From Dendrobates tinctorius (Eukaryota): a stretch of DNA of 64,000 bases. The notes under the pieces were generated by a model. The model was given only the letters and a program-made list of their open reading frames with translations. It was not told where the DNA came from and ran no database searches. A program made the position numbers and the translations under genes. Positions 36,301 to 46,940 of the stretch are shown piece after piece. The first letter of the stretch is position 1; each line of letters opens with the position of its first letter. Location: the NCBI RefSeq assembly GCF_039654945.1, contig NW_027361810.1, positions 8,432,001 to 8,496,000 of the forward strand. Direction: 5' to 3'.

Positions 36301-39300
36301 ATCGCCATAAACAAGCCCTTCAAGGACAATCTGCGTGCGGAAATCAATGACTACATTGAAAACCGTATGGAGAGGAACGTACGTGGGAACTTTGTTAAGC
36401 CAAAACTGCCTGAGATTGTGAACTGGGTGAAGAATTCATGGGATAAGAAGATCAGTGACACCTGCATTGAAAATGCACTGCGAGCTGGCTACCTGGACAA
36501 GGCCTGCTCATTTCAGGACAGTGCCATTGCTACCCATGAGAGATATGGGCCAATGATTCAGGCGGAAATGGATTCCCGAGAGTCCCAAGAAAATCCACAG
36601 GAACCTCAGAGTGTGGATGTTTACGATGATGTTCCTGAAGATGATGACCTGGTTGTCATCAAATAAATCTTGTTTTATCTTCCAGTATAACTTATTCAGA
36701 CTGTTCATTGTTACCGTTTTTCATTGTTTTAAATGTTTTACATGTTATACATGGAAATACCGTCATGATACGGTTGTAACAAGACATTCTTGGCACTTTC
36801 TTGGGCACTTGGTTTAATAAAACTGTTTTGTGGTGAACACCACACTGTTCAGCTTGTTAATAAATTTTATTTTTTGGTTAAAACAAAAATCGTCATTTTT
36901 TTTTTTCTAATATAAGACATACCCCGAAAGTAAGACATAGTGGGACTTTTGGGGGTCAAAAGAATGTAAGACACTGTCTTATATTCGGGGAAACACGGTA
37001 GTAGTTATATTCTTGTATATAGGAGCAGTATTATAGTAGTTATATTCTTGTATATAGGGGCAGTATTATAGTAGTTATATTCTTGTACATAGGGGCAGTA
37101 TTATAGTAGTTATATTCTTGTACATAGGATCAGTATTATAGTAGTTATATTCTTGTACATAGGAGCAGTATTATAGTAGTTATATTCTTGTACATAGGAG
37201 CAGTATTATAGTAGTTATATTCTTGTACATAGGAGCAGTATTATAGTAGTTATATTCTTGTACATAGGGAGCAGTATTATAGTAGTTATATTCTTGTACA
37301 TAGGGAGCAGTATTATAGTAGTTATATTCTTGTACATAGGAGCAGTATTATAGTAGTTATATTCTTGTACATAGGAGCAGTATTATAGTAGTTATATTCT
37401 TGTACATAGGAGCAGTATTATAGTAGTTATATTCTTGTACATAGGAGCAGTATTATAGTAGTTATATTCTTGTACATAGGAGCAGTATTATAGTAGTTAT
37501 ATTCTTGTACATAATAATAATAATAAATAATAATAAATTTTATTTTTATAGCGCTGACATATTCCGCAGCACTTTACATTTCAGAGGGGATTTGTACAGA
37601 CAATAGACATTACAGCATAACAATAATCACATACAGTAGATTATAACAAACAACAAGAGGAGTGAGGGCCCTGCTCGCAAGCTTACAGTCTATGAGGAAA
37701 GAGGTAGACACGAAAGGTGGGTGGTAACAGTTGCTCTGATTGTATGGACCAGCCATAATGTTAAGTGTGTAACAGTACAGACACAGAGGGCTAATGGATG
37801 CATAAAGCATGTGGGAACATGATGCTGGGAACCTGGTTATGGTAAAACTTTTGGCTCTGCCACACAGGGATAGGTTAGGTTAATGTGTTGAGGCGATAGG
37901 CCAGTCTGAATAAATGCGTTTTCAGGACACGCTTAAAATTGTGGGGATTGGGGACTAATCGTATTGACCTGGGAAGTGCATTCCAAAGAATTGGCGCGGC
38001 ACGTGTAAAGTCTTGGAGACGGGAGTGGGAGGTTCTGACTATTGAGGATACTAACCTCAGGTCATCAGCAGAACGGAGGGCACGGTTAGGGTGGTAGACT
38101 GAAACAAGGGAGGAGATGTAGGGTGGTGCTGAGCCATGGAGGGCTTTGTGGGTGAGGGTAATAAGTTTATACTGAATTCTGGAGTGGATGGGTAGCCAGT
38201 GTAATGACTGGCACAAGGTAGAGGCATCGGTGTAACGATTGGTGAGGAATATGATCCTGGCTGCAGCATTCAAGACAGATTGGAGAGGGGAGAGTTTGGT
38301 AAGAGGGAGACCGATTAGAAGAGAGTTACAATAGTCGAGACGAGAATGAATAAGAGGGGCAGTATTATAGTAGTTATATTCTTGTATATAGGGGCAGTAT
38401 TATAGTAGTTATATTCTTGTACATAGGAGCAGTATTATAGCAGTTGTACGCTTATACGTAGTCTGTCTACAGCATGCACTCACCTCCTTGTGATCCCTAT
38501 GTAGATTGGCCAGCTCTTCTCTCAGATTCTCTACCTCAGACTCGAGTTTCATCCTAAGGAAGTTGGTGTCATCTATCATCTTGCGCAGTCCCTGGGTGTC
38601 CTTGTGCACTCCATCACAGATGACTTGTTCTGCTTCCAGCCTGCAGGCACCATTATTAATAGCAGTGTGTTGCGGTCACACATATTATTAAGATTACATT
38701 CTATGTATAAATGTCATATTTTTGCTTAGTTCAGGAACCTCGTAGCATAAACTCTTTATTGCTGGGAACCCTGCACCATCTAATATGTAACTACTGAGCG
38801 CAGTGCAAACTATTAGAAATAACAGATCGCAGGAGTTTCACATTTTGTTACAATTATTTCTTAGACTTCTACTAATTCAATCATTTGAAGATGTCACATA
38901 TCCGGTCGCTGACGTGAACTCTGGGAATAGTAGTTATGACTAGAGATGAGCGAACTTGTTCGGAAAACGTTGGCCAATCTCAAAGTCGGCACGAACGTAG
39001 CACATTCGGATTTTTGTTCAGATTCCAGAGCATTTTCCTCAAAATCAGCAAAATTCGGTAACCGATTGAGTTTCCACTAAGGATATGTGCACATGGTGGT
39101 TCTGATTGGGGGTAATGTTACCGACGGTAAGATTGTTATTGATATTGTCGGTCAGAGCGCTGTGGGGTTACGCTGTCAGATGTCAGTGTGACCCCGCAGC
39201 TGTGACTGTTACCTGCGATTAAACTGCCGGTCACAGGCGTCAGCTGATGAGCGACTACTACTCTCATCAGCCTATGCCTGCTGGCGCTAATAACAGCAGG

Positions 39301-42300
39301 AGCAGGCGGCGGTTGATGGGAGTGAAAGGAGGTGGCGGGGACACTCATGTACCTTCTCTCTCCTTAATGCTGTTCATCTGTGTCACATGCGGCACCCTGA
39401 TGTTTTATTAATGTTTTGCTATTGTGTGCACTGCAATGTATTTGTCATGTACTGTAATGTGATGTATTGTGCTTTACCTTAGGGATAGATTAGTAGGTAG
39501 TGCAGGACCATAGGGGGATTAAAATAGAGGGGGCACAGTAGAGATAGAGCATAGGATAGATGTAAGAGTAGTAAGGTATAGGCAGCATAGGGGTTAAGCA
39601 GATGGGAGAAGTCACACAGCAGAGCAGGGAGTTATAGGAAAGGCATTCACTGTTTAGAGACAGACGCCTGGGCAGACTGCCCAAGGGCAGGACGTGTGAG
39701 CAGAATATTACAGACCTTGGGGATAAAGCTGTTTCAGTAAGGGGCCCCAGGCTGAGAATCATGCAGGTGGTCACCAGCTTATACAGAAACGTTCCAAGGA
39801 AGGATCCGAAGCTAACGGCTGGGATTAGGAGGCAGCTGAGTCGACGAGCCCTTTACCCTACAACTCGCAGCTGGACCAGGGAAACAGCAGGAAGCTAGTG
39901 GGCCTAGAGCAAGAGTGGGACATAGATTGTCCAAAAGAGGGATAGGAATTGTCCAGGGAAACAGGTGGGACACGGATTGTCCAGGAATATGGTTGAGCTT
40001 GCCAGGAAAGGGAAGCTGATGCAGAAGATAGAGTTTATTGGGATGACAGGGAAAGATAAGAAGAGGTCTCTGTGTTTGACTGGTGCTGCCTATGTGATGT
40101 CTAGTTAAGTTAAGCTGTTGGAAAAAGACCTCGTCTCTGAAGTGATTTGTGGAGTTCATGAATGCTGAGGCCACATGGCAGCAGCTTAGGGGAATCTGAC
40201 AGAGCCTGTGAGTGTGCTGTGGTGCATGCTGCACATGCAGTACAAGGGACTTTATTTATCTTTTCATGCATGTACAAGGTGCCGGGGTGCTCCCTGACTG
40301 TTGCTTAGTGAACTCGCCCACGACTACCATCCCGTGCCGCCTTGTTACAGGAGTACACATCAGCTGGTGCCTGTGCTCTAACAAAATAAAAATGTTTTTC
40401 TTTTTGTTTTTTTTAAAACGGCATTGGTTGCTCTGTATGTTTGATAAACAGCCAAGCAAAATTGTCTGCTGCGGGCTGCATCCGTCAGATGTCAGCTTTA
40501 TCAAAGGTTGGTTATCAAGAATAGAGGGGTCCCCACGCCGTATTTTTTAAATTATTTAAATAATTAAAAAAACTGCATGGGGTTCCCCCATGTTTTGACA
40601 GTCAGTCAAGCTAAAGCAGACAGCTGGGAGCTGGTATTCTCAGGCTGGTGAGTGGCCATGGATATTGGCCCCTCCCAGCCTAAAAACAACAGCCCACAGC
40701 TGCCCAGAAAAGGCACATCTATTAGATGTGCCAATTCTGGCACTTTTTGCCTGGCTCTTCCCACTTGCCCTGTAGCGGTGACAAGTGGGGTTCATATTTG
40801 TGGGGTTGATGTCACATTTGTATTGTCAGGTGACATCAAGCCCTCAGGTTACTAATGGATAAGACACCTATCCATTACTAATCTTATAGTTGTATGGTAA
40901 ATAAAGACTAGAGTTGAGCAAATTTAATCGAGTCAGGGCTTAATCGGCAAACTATAGCACTTACCGAATAAGCTGCAGAGGGAACCCGGCTTCCTGGACC
41001 ACTGAGGCTGATCAGCAGTTTGGCTCCGCAGCTGCATGTGTCGCGGCTGTGTGACAGTTACGACACATGCCGCTGTGGGGCCAAACAGCTGATCAGCCGG
41101 AGCGATCCAGGAAGCGGTGTTACCTCTGCAGCTTTTTTGGTAAGCACTATAGCTCTGACCCGATCAAATTCGCTTATCTCTAATAAAGATACAGTCAGAA
41201 TAAAGTTCTTCATTTGAAATAAAACAAAACACACTGTTACTTTTTTATTTAAAAATAACAAACACAGTTATACTCACCTAGCACCTATTCCTCTGCATCC
41301 CTTGTCTCCTGGAATAAAACAAAAATAGAAAACAACCATATCCCTCACCTGTCCAGTAATCTCACCGCTACCACAGTGAGAAAAAGTCTCACAGTGCAGA
41401 GGCGAAGTTCACAGGGAGAAAAGCCTCACAGAGAACTCCGGTGAACTCACTTCTGCACCGTAAGACTTTCTCTCAGTGCTAGCGGGGATCTCACTGAGGT
41501 CACCACAGATCAGCCCGGCTGGAAATGCAGCCAAAGGGACAGGCGGCAACCTCAATGACATCACCATTAGTCACTGAGGCTGCAGTCTCAGCAGCTCATT
41601 CACCAGTGGTTTTCAGCCTAGACAGTAGCATCTTGGCACCATCCAGGTTGAAAGCAATTAATCCCCAGATATGGATTACGGCGTGGGACAGAACGACGGA
41701 CAGGTGAGGGATGTTGTTTTTTTATTTTTGTTTTATTACAGTAGACGAGGGCTTTGGTGAAATTAGGCTTTAGGTGAGTATAACTGTGTTTGTTATTTTT
41801 AAATAAAAAGTAAAACTGTGTTTTCTTTTATTTCAAATAAAGGACTTTGTTCTGGATTTGTCTTTACTTACCATACAACTACAGGAATAGTAATGGATAG
41901 GTGTCTTATAGACGCTTCTCCATTACTAAGCCGTGGGCTTGATGTCACCTGACAATACAAAAGTGACATCAACCCTGCAAATATTACCCCACTTGCCACC
42001 AGCTACAGGGCAAGTGGAAAGAGTCGGGCAAAGCGCCAGAATTGGCCCATCTAACAGCTGCATCTTTTCTGGGTGGCTGCAGGCTGCCATTTTTAGGCTG
42101 GGGCAATATCAATGGCCCTTTAACAGCATGAGAAAAACAGCCCCCAGCTGTCTGCTTTAGCAAGGCTGGTTGTCAAAATTGGGGGGGGACCCCACACTGT
42201 TTTGTTTAATTATTTAAATAATTTATAAAATATGCCATTGTGGACCCCTCTATTCTTGATAAGCAGCCTTGCTAACACTGGCAGCTATAGGTTGCAGCTC

Positions 42301-45052
42301 TCAGTTTTACCTGGCTAGTTATCAAAATTACAGGGGGACTCACGCCGTGTTTTTTTAAATTTATTTATTTATTTATTTAGAGCGCAAGCACTGTCTGATG
42401 AATAATTCCATCAGCCGCGCCTGCTCTTGCTGTTATTAGTGGCAGCAGGCATAGGCTGACAGGAGTAGTAGTCCCATCAGTCAATGCCAGTGACAGGAGA
42501 TAAACTTTATACCTCTGATCACATCTGCGGGCTCACGCTGTCATTTGATAGCATGGGAAACGTAGCTCTCTGACCAGCGGTAATGATTTTACCACCGATT
42601 CGAGGCAGTGTTTGCCTCACTGTCATGTCCATGACAGTGTGGCAAACAGTGGATGTTCGGGCCCCCAATTCAATTGAATGGGGATAAGGTAACGGGACCA
42701 AACTTTTTTTTTAACTGCTCGACCAAACCCGAACATCCAGGGGGTCGCTCATCTCTAGTTAGGACATTGCTTAGCAGTTACTCACTTCACTTTGAAGTCG
42801 TCCGCTGCCAGCCTGGCGTTGTCGATTTGCAGCAGGAGTTTGGCGTTGTCCATATTCAGATCCTCCACCTTCAAGAAGAACCCAGAAAATGAAAATTGAA
42901 GCAAGTGATCCTTATTAGACAAGCTATAAAATACTGATGATTGGGGTCTGACATCTGGCGATCCCCCGATCCTATGTGGGGATATCTTTACCCCTAAATG
43001 GTGGCATTACATGGACACTGTATAGCGCTATTGTGGCATTTTTGGGTACTGTATACCCTATATTTTTGCACGGTTTGGCACTTTTTTTTTTTTTTTTTTT
43101 TTTACCTCTACTGTTTAACTGATATTGAGTGCACAGTATGGGTGTTTGTACTTTAGCACCATATGGCATGGTGTTGTGAGTAAGGTATGGTCATATTTTG
43201 GAGCTGCAGGAGGGTATCGCTCGGATGCCGTATGGTTGAATACCTTTGCATTGTATAGCAGTATTATTTAGGCAAAAGTATTTGCAACAATATTGTAGTT
43301 TTATGTGAGCACAATCTAGTTATCTGGACTATGACAGTATTGTTTGGGCTTTGTATCATGGTATTTGTCACTTTTATAGCAATATTATTTTCTCACTGTA
43401 TAGCAGTATTAATTGTGCATGGCACTGTCATTTGGTATGTCTAGGGTACTGTAATGCACTATTATATGAGCACTGTATAGAGGTATTAATGCAAAACTAC
43501 TATTTGTACAGTATATGGTGAGATCATTTATACCGTACATCATGACATTATTTTGGATCTGCATGATAACATTATTTGGGCGACGGTTGGTGGTATTAAT
43601 GCACAGTATATGGTGATATTATTTGGACACTGTAGATGTATTAAGCCATTGTCTTACTAGCATTTCTACAGTATGTTGATATATTGTTCTCTATGTGGCA
43701 GAGTAATTCACTATATTTTTAGTAATTGTGCAATATCTGGTGATATTACTTATACCATATGTTACTACATTATTTGGGCACTGTATGGCGGAATTAATGC
43801 ACTCTATTAGTATTTGCACAGTGTATGGTGATGTTACTTATACTGCATATTGTGATATTATCTAGACACTATTTAGCTGCATTAACCCATTATATTACTA
43901 GTGTTTCCACAAAATCTGGTGCTATTACTTACACAGTATGTCATTACATTATTTGGGCACTTTATGGCGGTATTAATGCACTGTATTAGTTTTTGAGTGG
44001 TGTATGGTGATATTTTGGGGGCTGGTGAATGAAACACAGACAGATTGCTCATATCACCGTTATCCTCACACTAATTACTTCAGTATTTTGCATTTTCTTC
44101 TGCTATCAGAGTACAGACAACAGCACATTGTGAGCACAATGACGGCAATGTCTGACCACAGGCAAAACCAGGGATAAATGTGCACAGCAGAAGAACTGGA
44201 CGAGATCTGATGGGATCCATCAGTGTAGACCCACGGGCAAGAGGATGATGCTTGTGATCATTGCACCGATCGCTATTATGCATCGTGATCTGTTCCTGCA
44301 TTTACAGAAGCCAATTATCTCTGGGAAAGTAGAATATTAGACAAAGTTTGGACCAGGTAGAGGAGGACCCTGAGCTAGGACAACATATAGGCAGTCTGAT
44401 AGCTCCTCATGATGCACAATTCCACCTGCTTTGGAGATAGAAGTGGCCCCTGACCTCTTGGGCCCCTGTGCGGCTGCAGAGGTTGCATCCTGATCTCCCA
44501 TGTTTGTCTGCACGTAATTGGGGAAGTTGCAGTCACATTGTGGGCCCTATGGCCCATGTGAATACAGTCATTTATGGGGTCACCTGCTGATACGCGGCGC
44601 TCAGTGATTCGTCGGCATTGGCTGGGATTTGCCACCTTTCGGCTGTCTCCCCCTAATTTTCATGTGGGTCTCACCTGCTTTCGCAGCTGTTGCAGAGGTG
44701 CCTGGCAAGTCTCCCAGTCTCGAGGGGTCAGGTTCTTCCTGGCAGATATGTCCTCAATCTCGTCTTGCAGTTTTCGGTTTTCTTCCTCCAGACCCCGGAC
44801 GCGTTGGAGATATCCGGCGAGACGTTCGTTCAGCCCCTGCATCGCCTCTTGATGGTTGTTCTGCAGCAAAGAGTCCAACCCGGAGCGAAGCGAAGGAAGA
44901 GAAGACTCGATGGCCGACTTCATTGATTGGAGATCCAAGCCAGAACGCAATGACTGTAACCTGGAGGGCGACATCCTAAAATCCCCCGATCCCATCTGGC
45001 TTGAGGAGCTGCTGCGCCAACTTGGGGCTCCGGAAGACATTTGGAAAGACAT
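24265..45052 (-). CDS. Keratin, type I cytoskeletal, K18-like (divergent paralogue); whole-gene span, 8 coding exons, 1248 nt, 415 aa
   Basis: Exons (minus) 45052-44675, 42868-42786, 38640-38484, 29372-29208, 28224-28099, 27308-27088, 26686-26661, 24356-24265. Rod exon sizes 83/157/165/126/221 fit type I keratins. Motifs [35 protein letters not shown], tail [13 protein letters not shown]. Frame is open throughout. Confidence 0.93.
24641..25207. mobile_element. PIF/Harbinger-type MITE A
   Basis: TTA|GGGCCCCGTCACACA...TGTGTGATGGGGGCT|TTA. Confidence 0.75.
25211..25678. mobile_element. PIF/Harbinger-type MITE B, abutting MITE A
   Basis: TTA|GGCCTCTTTTACA..TCTTTTGACGTCAG...CTGACGTCAAAAGA..TGTGAAAGAGGCC|TTA. 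Confidence 0.82.
26661..26686 (-). CDS. K18-like exon 7 (26-nt micro-exon)
   Basis: gttttgtgtttcag|G AAC GGT CCA GAG TCA GCA AAA GGC G|gtaagt; bridges phase 2 to phase 1 exactly as the last exon needs. Confidence 0.8.
27088..27308 (-). CDS. K18-like exon 6 (221 nt, coil 2B end)
   Basis: [15 protein letters not shown]...[24 protein letters not shown](K); |gtaaca. Confidence 0.94.
28099..28224 (-). CDS. K18-like exon 5 (126 nt)
   Basis: [42 protein letters not shown]; ccgcag| and |gtgagg (absent from the ORF track). Confidence 0.92.
28250..28692. mobile_element. Degenerate Harbinger-type MITE ending 25 bp upstream of the K18-like exon 5 acceptor
   Basis: TAA|GACCATGTTCACACGTT...AACGTGTGAACATAGCA|TAA. 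Confidence 0.65.
29208..29372 (-). CDS. K18-like exon 4 (165 nt, GC donor)
   Basis: [55 protein letters not shown]; donor AAG|gcaaga. Confidence 0.9.
34712..36998 (+). mobile_element. Full-length pogo-superfamily (DD35D, Passer-like) DNA transposon, 2287 bp
   Basis: TA TSD. 24-bp TIRs CCGT(C/G)TTTCCCCGAATATAAGACA with 1 mismatch. Removing the element restores a perfect satellite unit (cagtattaTAgtagttatat). Confidence 0.95.
35344..36666 (+). CDS. pogo/Passer-like transposase, 440 aa (N-terminal HTH, CENP-B-type HTH, DDE_1-type catalytic domain)
   Basis: Uninterrupted [20 protein letters not shown]...; [18 protein letters not shown]; catalytic MDET / WDAASTH / [13 protein letters not shown] with 35 residues between the 2nd and 3rd Asp. 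Confidence 0.92.
   Translation: MSVSGPSKRKSYSVEYKKAMVEESWGKNVVEFCKEKMLDHRLFQKWRAEYTNLSEKAESGMAKRRKVGCGRQPMYPELESLVCEWVADRRAKTLVVTRAQIQEYALAVAPQFDITPEQFKASQHWVDNFMERNDLSLRRSTTLFRLEDAEIVKRAFAYKKFVDDTDFSKYNLCHMSAMDETAVFMGQAAQTTVDQRGASSVYVPSTAYESARVTCILAIRLDGTKVTPLLISKGKKDKIERVSGIYVLETEKAWATQAVIRKWLDLMLPLVMRGSKRGMLIWDAASTHRAKDMKNFLHERCIDQIMIPAGMTAYLQTLDIAINKPFKDNLRAEINDYIENRMERNVRGNFVKPKLPEIVNWVKNSWDKKISDTCIENALRAGYLDKACSFQDSAIATHERYGPMIQAEMDSRESQENPQEPQSVDVYDDVPEDDDLVVIK
37512..38356 (-). mobile_element. L2 LINE 3' fragment (same family as 8600-10918) inserted in the satellite
   Basis: [36 protein letters not shown]...[14 protein letters not shown]; near-identical 3' UTR; (TTA)n-type tail. Confidence 0.93.
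38484..38640 (-). CDS. K18-like exon 3 (157 nt)
   Basis: [52 protein letters not shown]. Confidence 0.95.
38941..42757. mobile_element. Non-autonomous hAT-type element, 3.8 kb, filling most of K18-like intron 2
   Basis: TIR TAGAGATGAGCGA...TCGCTCATCTCTA; 8-bp TSD GTTATGAC/GTTAGGAC (7/8 match); large internal inverted repeat. Confidence 0.82.
40909..41182. mobile_element. Nested hAT-type MITE
   Basis: TAGAGTTGAGCAAATTT...AAATTCGCTTATCTCTA; 8-bp TSD ATAAAGAC/ATAAAGAT. Confidence 0.78.
42786..42868 (-). CDS. K18-like exon 2 (83 nt)
   Basis: [27 protein letters not shown](K); gaag| and |gtgagt. Confidence 0.95.
43100..44010. repeat. Old, degenerate AT-rich tandem repeat (K18-like intron 1)
   Basis: Recurrent TATGGTGATATTATTTGGGCACTGTA-like units. 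Confidence 0.6.
44675..45052 (-). CDS. K18-like exon 1 (head + coil 1A, 378 nt)
   Basis: [12 protein letters not shown]...[28 protein letters not shown]...LRKQ|gtgaga; first in-frame ATG at 45052. Confidence 0.9.
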
Positions 45053-46940
45053 GAAGGAGATAGGACGTAGGAGAAAATGGAGTGGGGAAGTCAAGTTAGG
45101 GTCCTCCTATAGGGTCCGGGTGCTCAGTGATGGGGTTGTGTGCCTTGGGGAGCTCTGGAGCCGGCAGCCAGGCTGCAGAAGTAGCAGAGCTGGGGCTGTA
45201 TGGTGACTCGCTGCAGGTGAGACGCGCTGTCAGGACTGATCACAGGTGAGGCAGGTGAGCACATATACAGGGATGTGCAGTCATGTTAATGAAGGGGAGG
45301 CGCAGACCGTTGAAGACAACTCCCCGTGAGCTGGAATCTAAGTGCAGCTTCACATTGGTGCAGGGTGACCGGACACTTAACCCATCTGTCCCCATTTCCT
45401 AAACTTCCACCCCCTGGTTTCCAGAATATTTGCAAATTCTGTGTCCAGTTTTCGTCTTCTGATTTTATTTTTTTTTACACTTAAGTCGCCTTTAAGGAAC
45501 AATGAAAAGATCTTCCACCCGCATAAAAGGGTCATCATGGTAGAAAATAAACTAAGGGTCTGTATAACACTCAGGACCTGCTGGATGTGTATGATGGGTC
45601 AGTTTTTGCCACCGCTCCTTCCCTTTACTCCGCGAGATGATTTCCTGATTTCTTTTTCCTTTTCCACTTTTTTATTTTATTTCTTCTTTTCCCCTTCTCC
45701 TTCCCACTTTATTTAATGTCTGCAAAGTTGTTAGATGGAATATATGCGAGTGTTTTTCCATATCTACAAAAAGACATAACGAGGAAATTCAAAAAATGAG
45801 GATTAAGTTACTTCGACTGCTGAGGGGAACTACAAGTCACAGCATGACAACACTTGACTCTGTCTTTCTTTAATGGACCATTTTGGAAATTGCTTTGATA
45901 TATCTACTTTGGCCCACCCCTTGTTATGTATCTACTCCAACATTGAGGATCAACCAAGAGTTTTGATCAAAAGGAGCAGATGATTTTTTATATACCTCAA
46001 CTTTATTAATAATAAAAAATAATATTTTTTTTATTTGAACAAATTGCACCCAAATATATTAAAAAGGAACGTCCTTTTTTTTTTTTTTTACATTTGGCGA
46101 CTGTTCTGAATTAAGAATATGAAATCTAAAAGTTTTTTTTGACTAATCCCCCTGGTAAAGTAAACCGTGCTCACTATTCCAGCCGTGAAAAATTTGCACA
46201 ATTTGCAACTTTTTTTGCAAACTTAATTTTAAGTTTAAATTAATTGAGGCTTAAATTTTACAAAACTATTTAATAAAAATGGAGGTGTTGCTGGTACTTC
46301 CTCAGACCCTATAATATACTGCTCAAAAAATTAAAGGGAACACAAACAGCCTGTTGCAAATGGAATAGTGTTGACTTTTTTGAGCAGCGTATGTTACTAC
46401 CGTGCAGCCCCATTGCAGGACTATAGGGAGTGGGACCATCATATTTTTTTTTTTTTATATAGTGTTAACATATTCCGCAGCGCTTTACAGTTTGCACACA
46501 TTATCATCACTGATGGGGCTCACAATCTAGATTCCCTATCAGTATGTTTTTGGAGTGTGGGAGGAAACCGGAGAACCCGGAGGAAACCCACGCAAACATG
46601 GGGAGAACATACAAACTCCTTGCAGATGTTGTCCTTGGTGGGATTTGAACCCAGGACCCCAGTGCTGCAGTGCTAACCACTGAGCCACTGTGCTGCCCAT
46701 TAGTGGTCTCTGTTCACTATGGAGAATGGAGTGGAGCATTTGCTGGGAAGGTGATATCTAGGGAAGGGTCTGGATTGGAGCCACAATCCGCCCTGATCTC
46801 CGGAGGAGGAAGGTTCATTCTAATAATGTGTCAATAAACCAGAAGGAAAAACTAGCAGGTCCCATGCGAAGCTGCTCAGTGTTATTTCCACTCCTCGCTG
46901 CCTGCACCAAGTCTGCCATTTCTCCCGACCACAGGGCACC
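45053..46940. promoter_or_regulatory. Divergent intergenic/promoter region shared by the two keratin genes
   Basis: 1888 bp between the two start codons. Three CAGGTG motifs at 45214, 45243 and 45252. Contains a SINE. Confidence 0.6.
46443..46698 (-). mobile_element. tRNA-derived V-SINE with L2-type 3' tail
   Basis: Minus strand: A box TGGCTCAGTGG, B box GGTTCAAATCC, V-domain-like GAGTTTGTATGTTCTCCCCATGTTTGCGTGGGTTTCCTCCGGGTTCTCCGGTTTCCTCCCA, tail TGTAAAGCGCTGCGGAATATG. Confidence 0.85.

Larger units (their letters stand above)
30178..38445. repeat. 35-36-bp satellite array (~5 kb net) in K18-like intron 3, interrupted by a pogo transposon and an L2 fragment
   Basis: Unit AGTAGTTATATTCTTGTACATAGGAGCAGTATTAT; segments 30178-34711, 36999-37512 and 38355-38445. 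Confidence 0.97.

Noticed and set aside
39345-40245. Possible LTR-like insert inside the hAT element
   Set aside because: Composition differs from the flanks, but I could not identify matching termini or a target duplication.
45053-45094. ORF-track N-terminal extension MTSPLHFLLRPISF of the type I keratin
   Set aside because: It begins at TTG. The first in-frame ATG is at 45052.
46620-46698. Possible tRNA gene (A and B boxes)
   Set aside because: No complete cloverleaf. It continues into a V-domain and LINE-like tail, so it is a SINE head.
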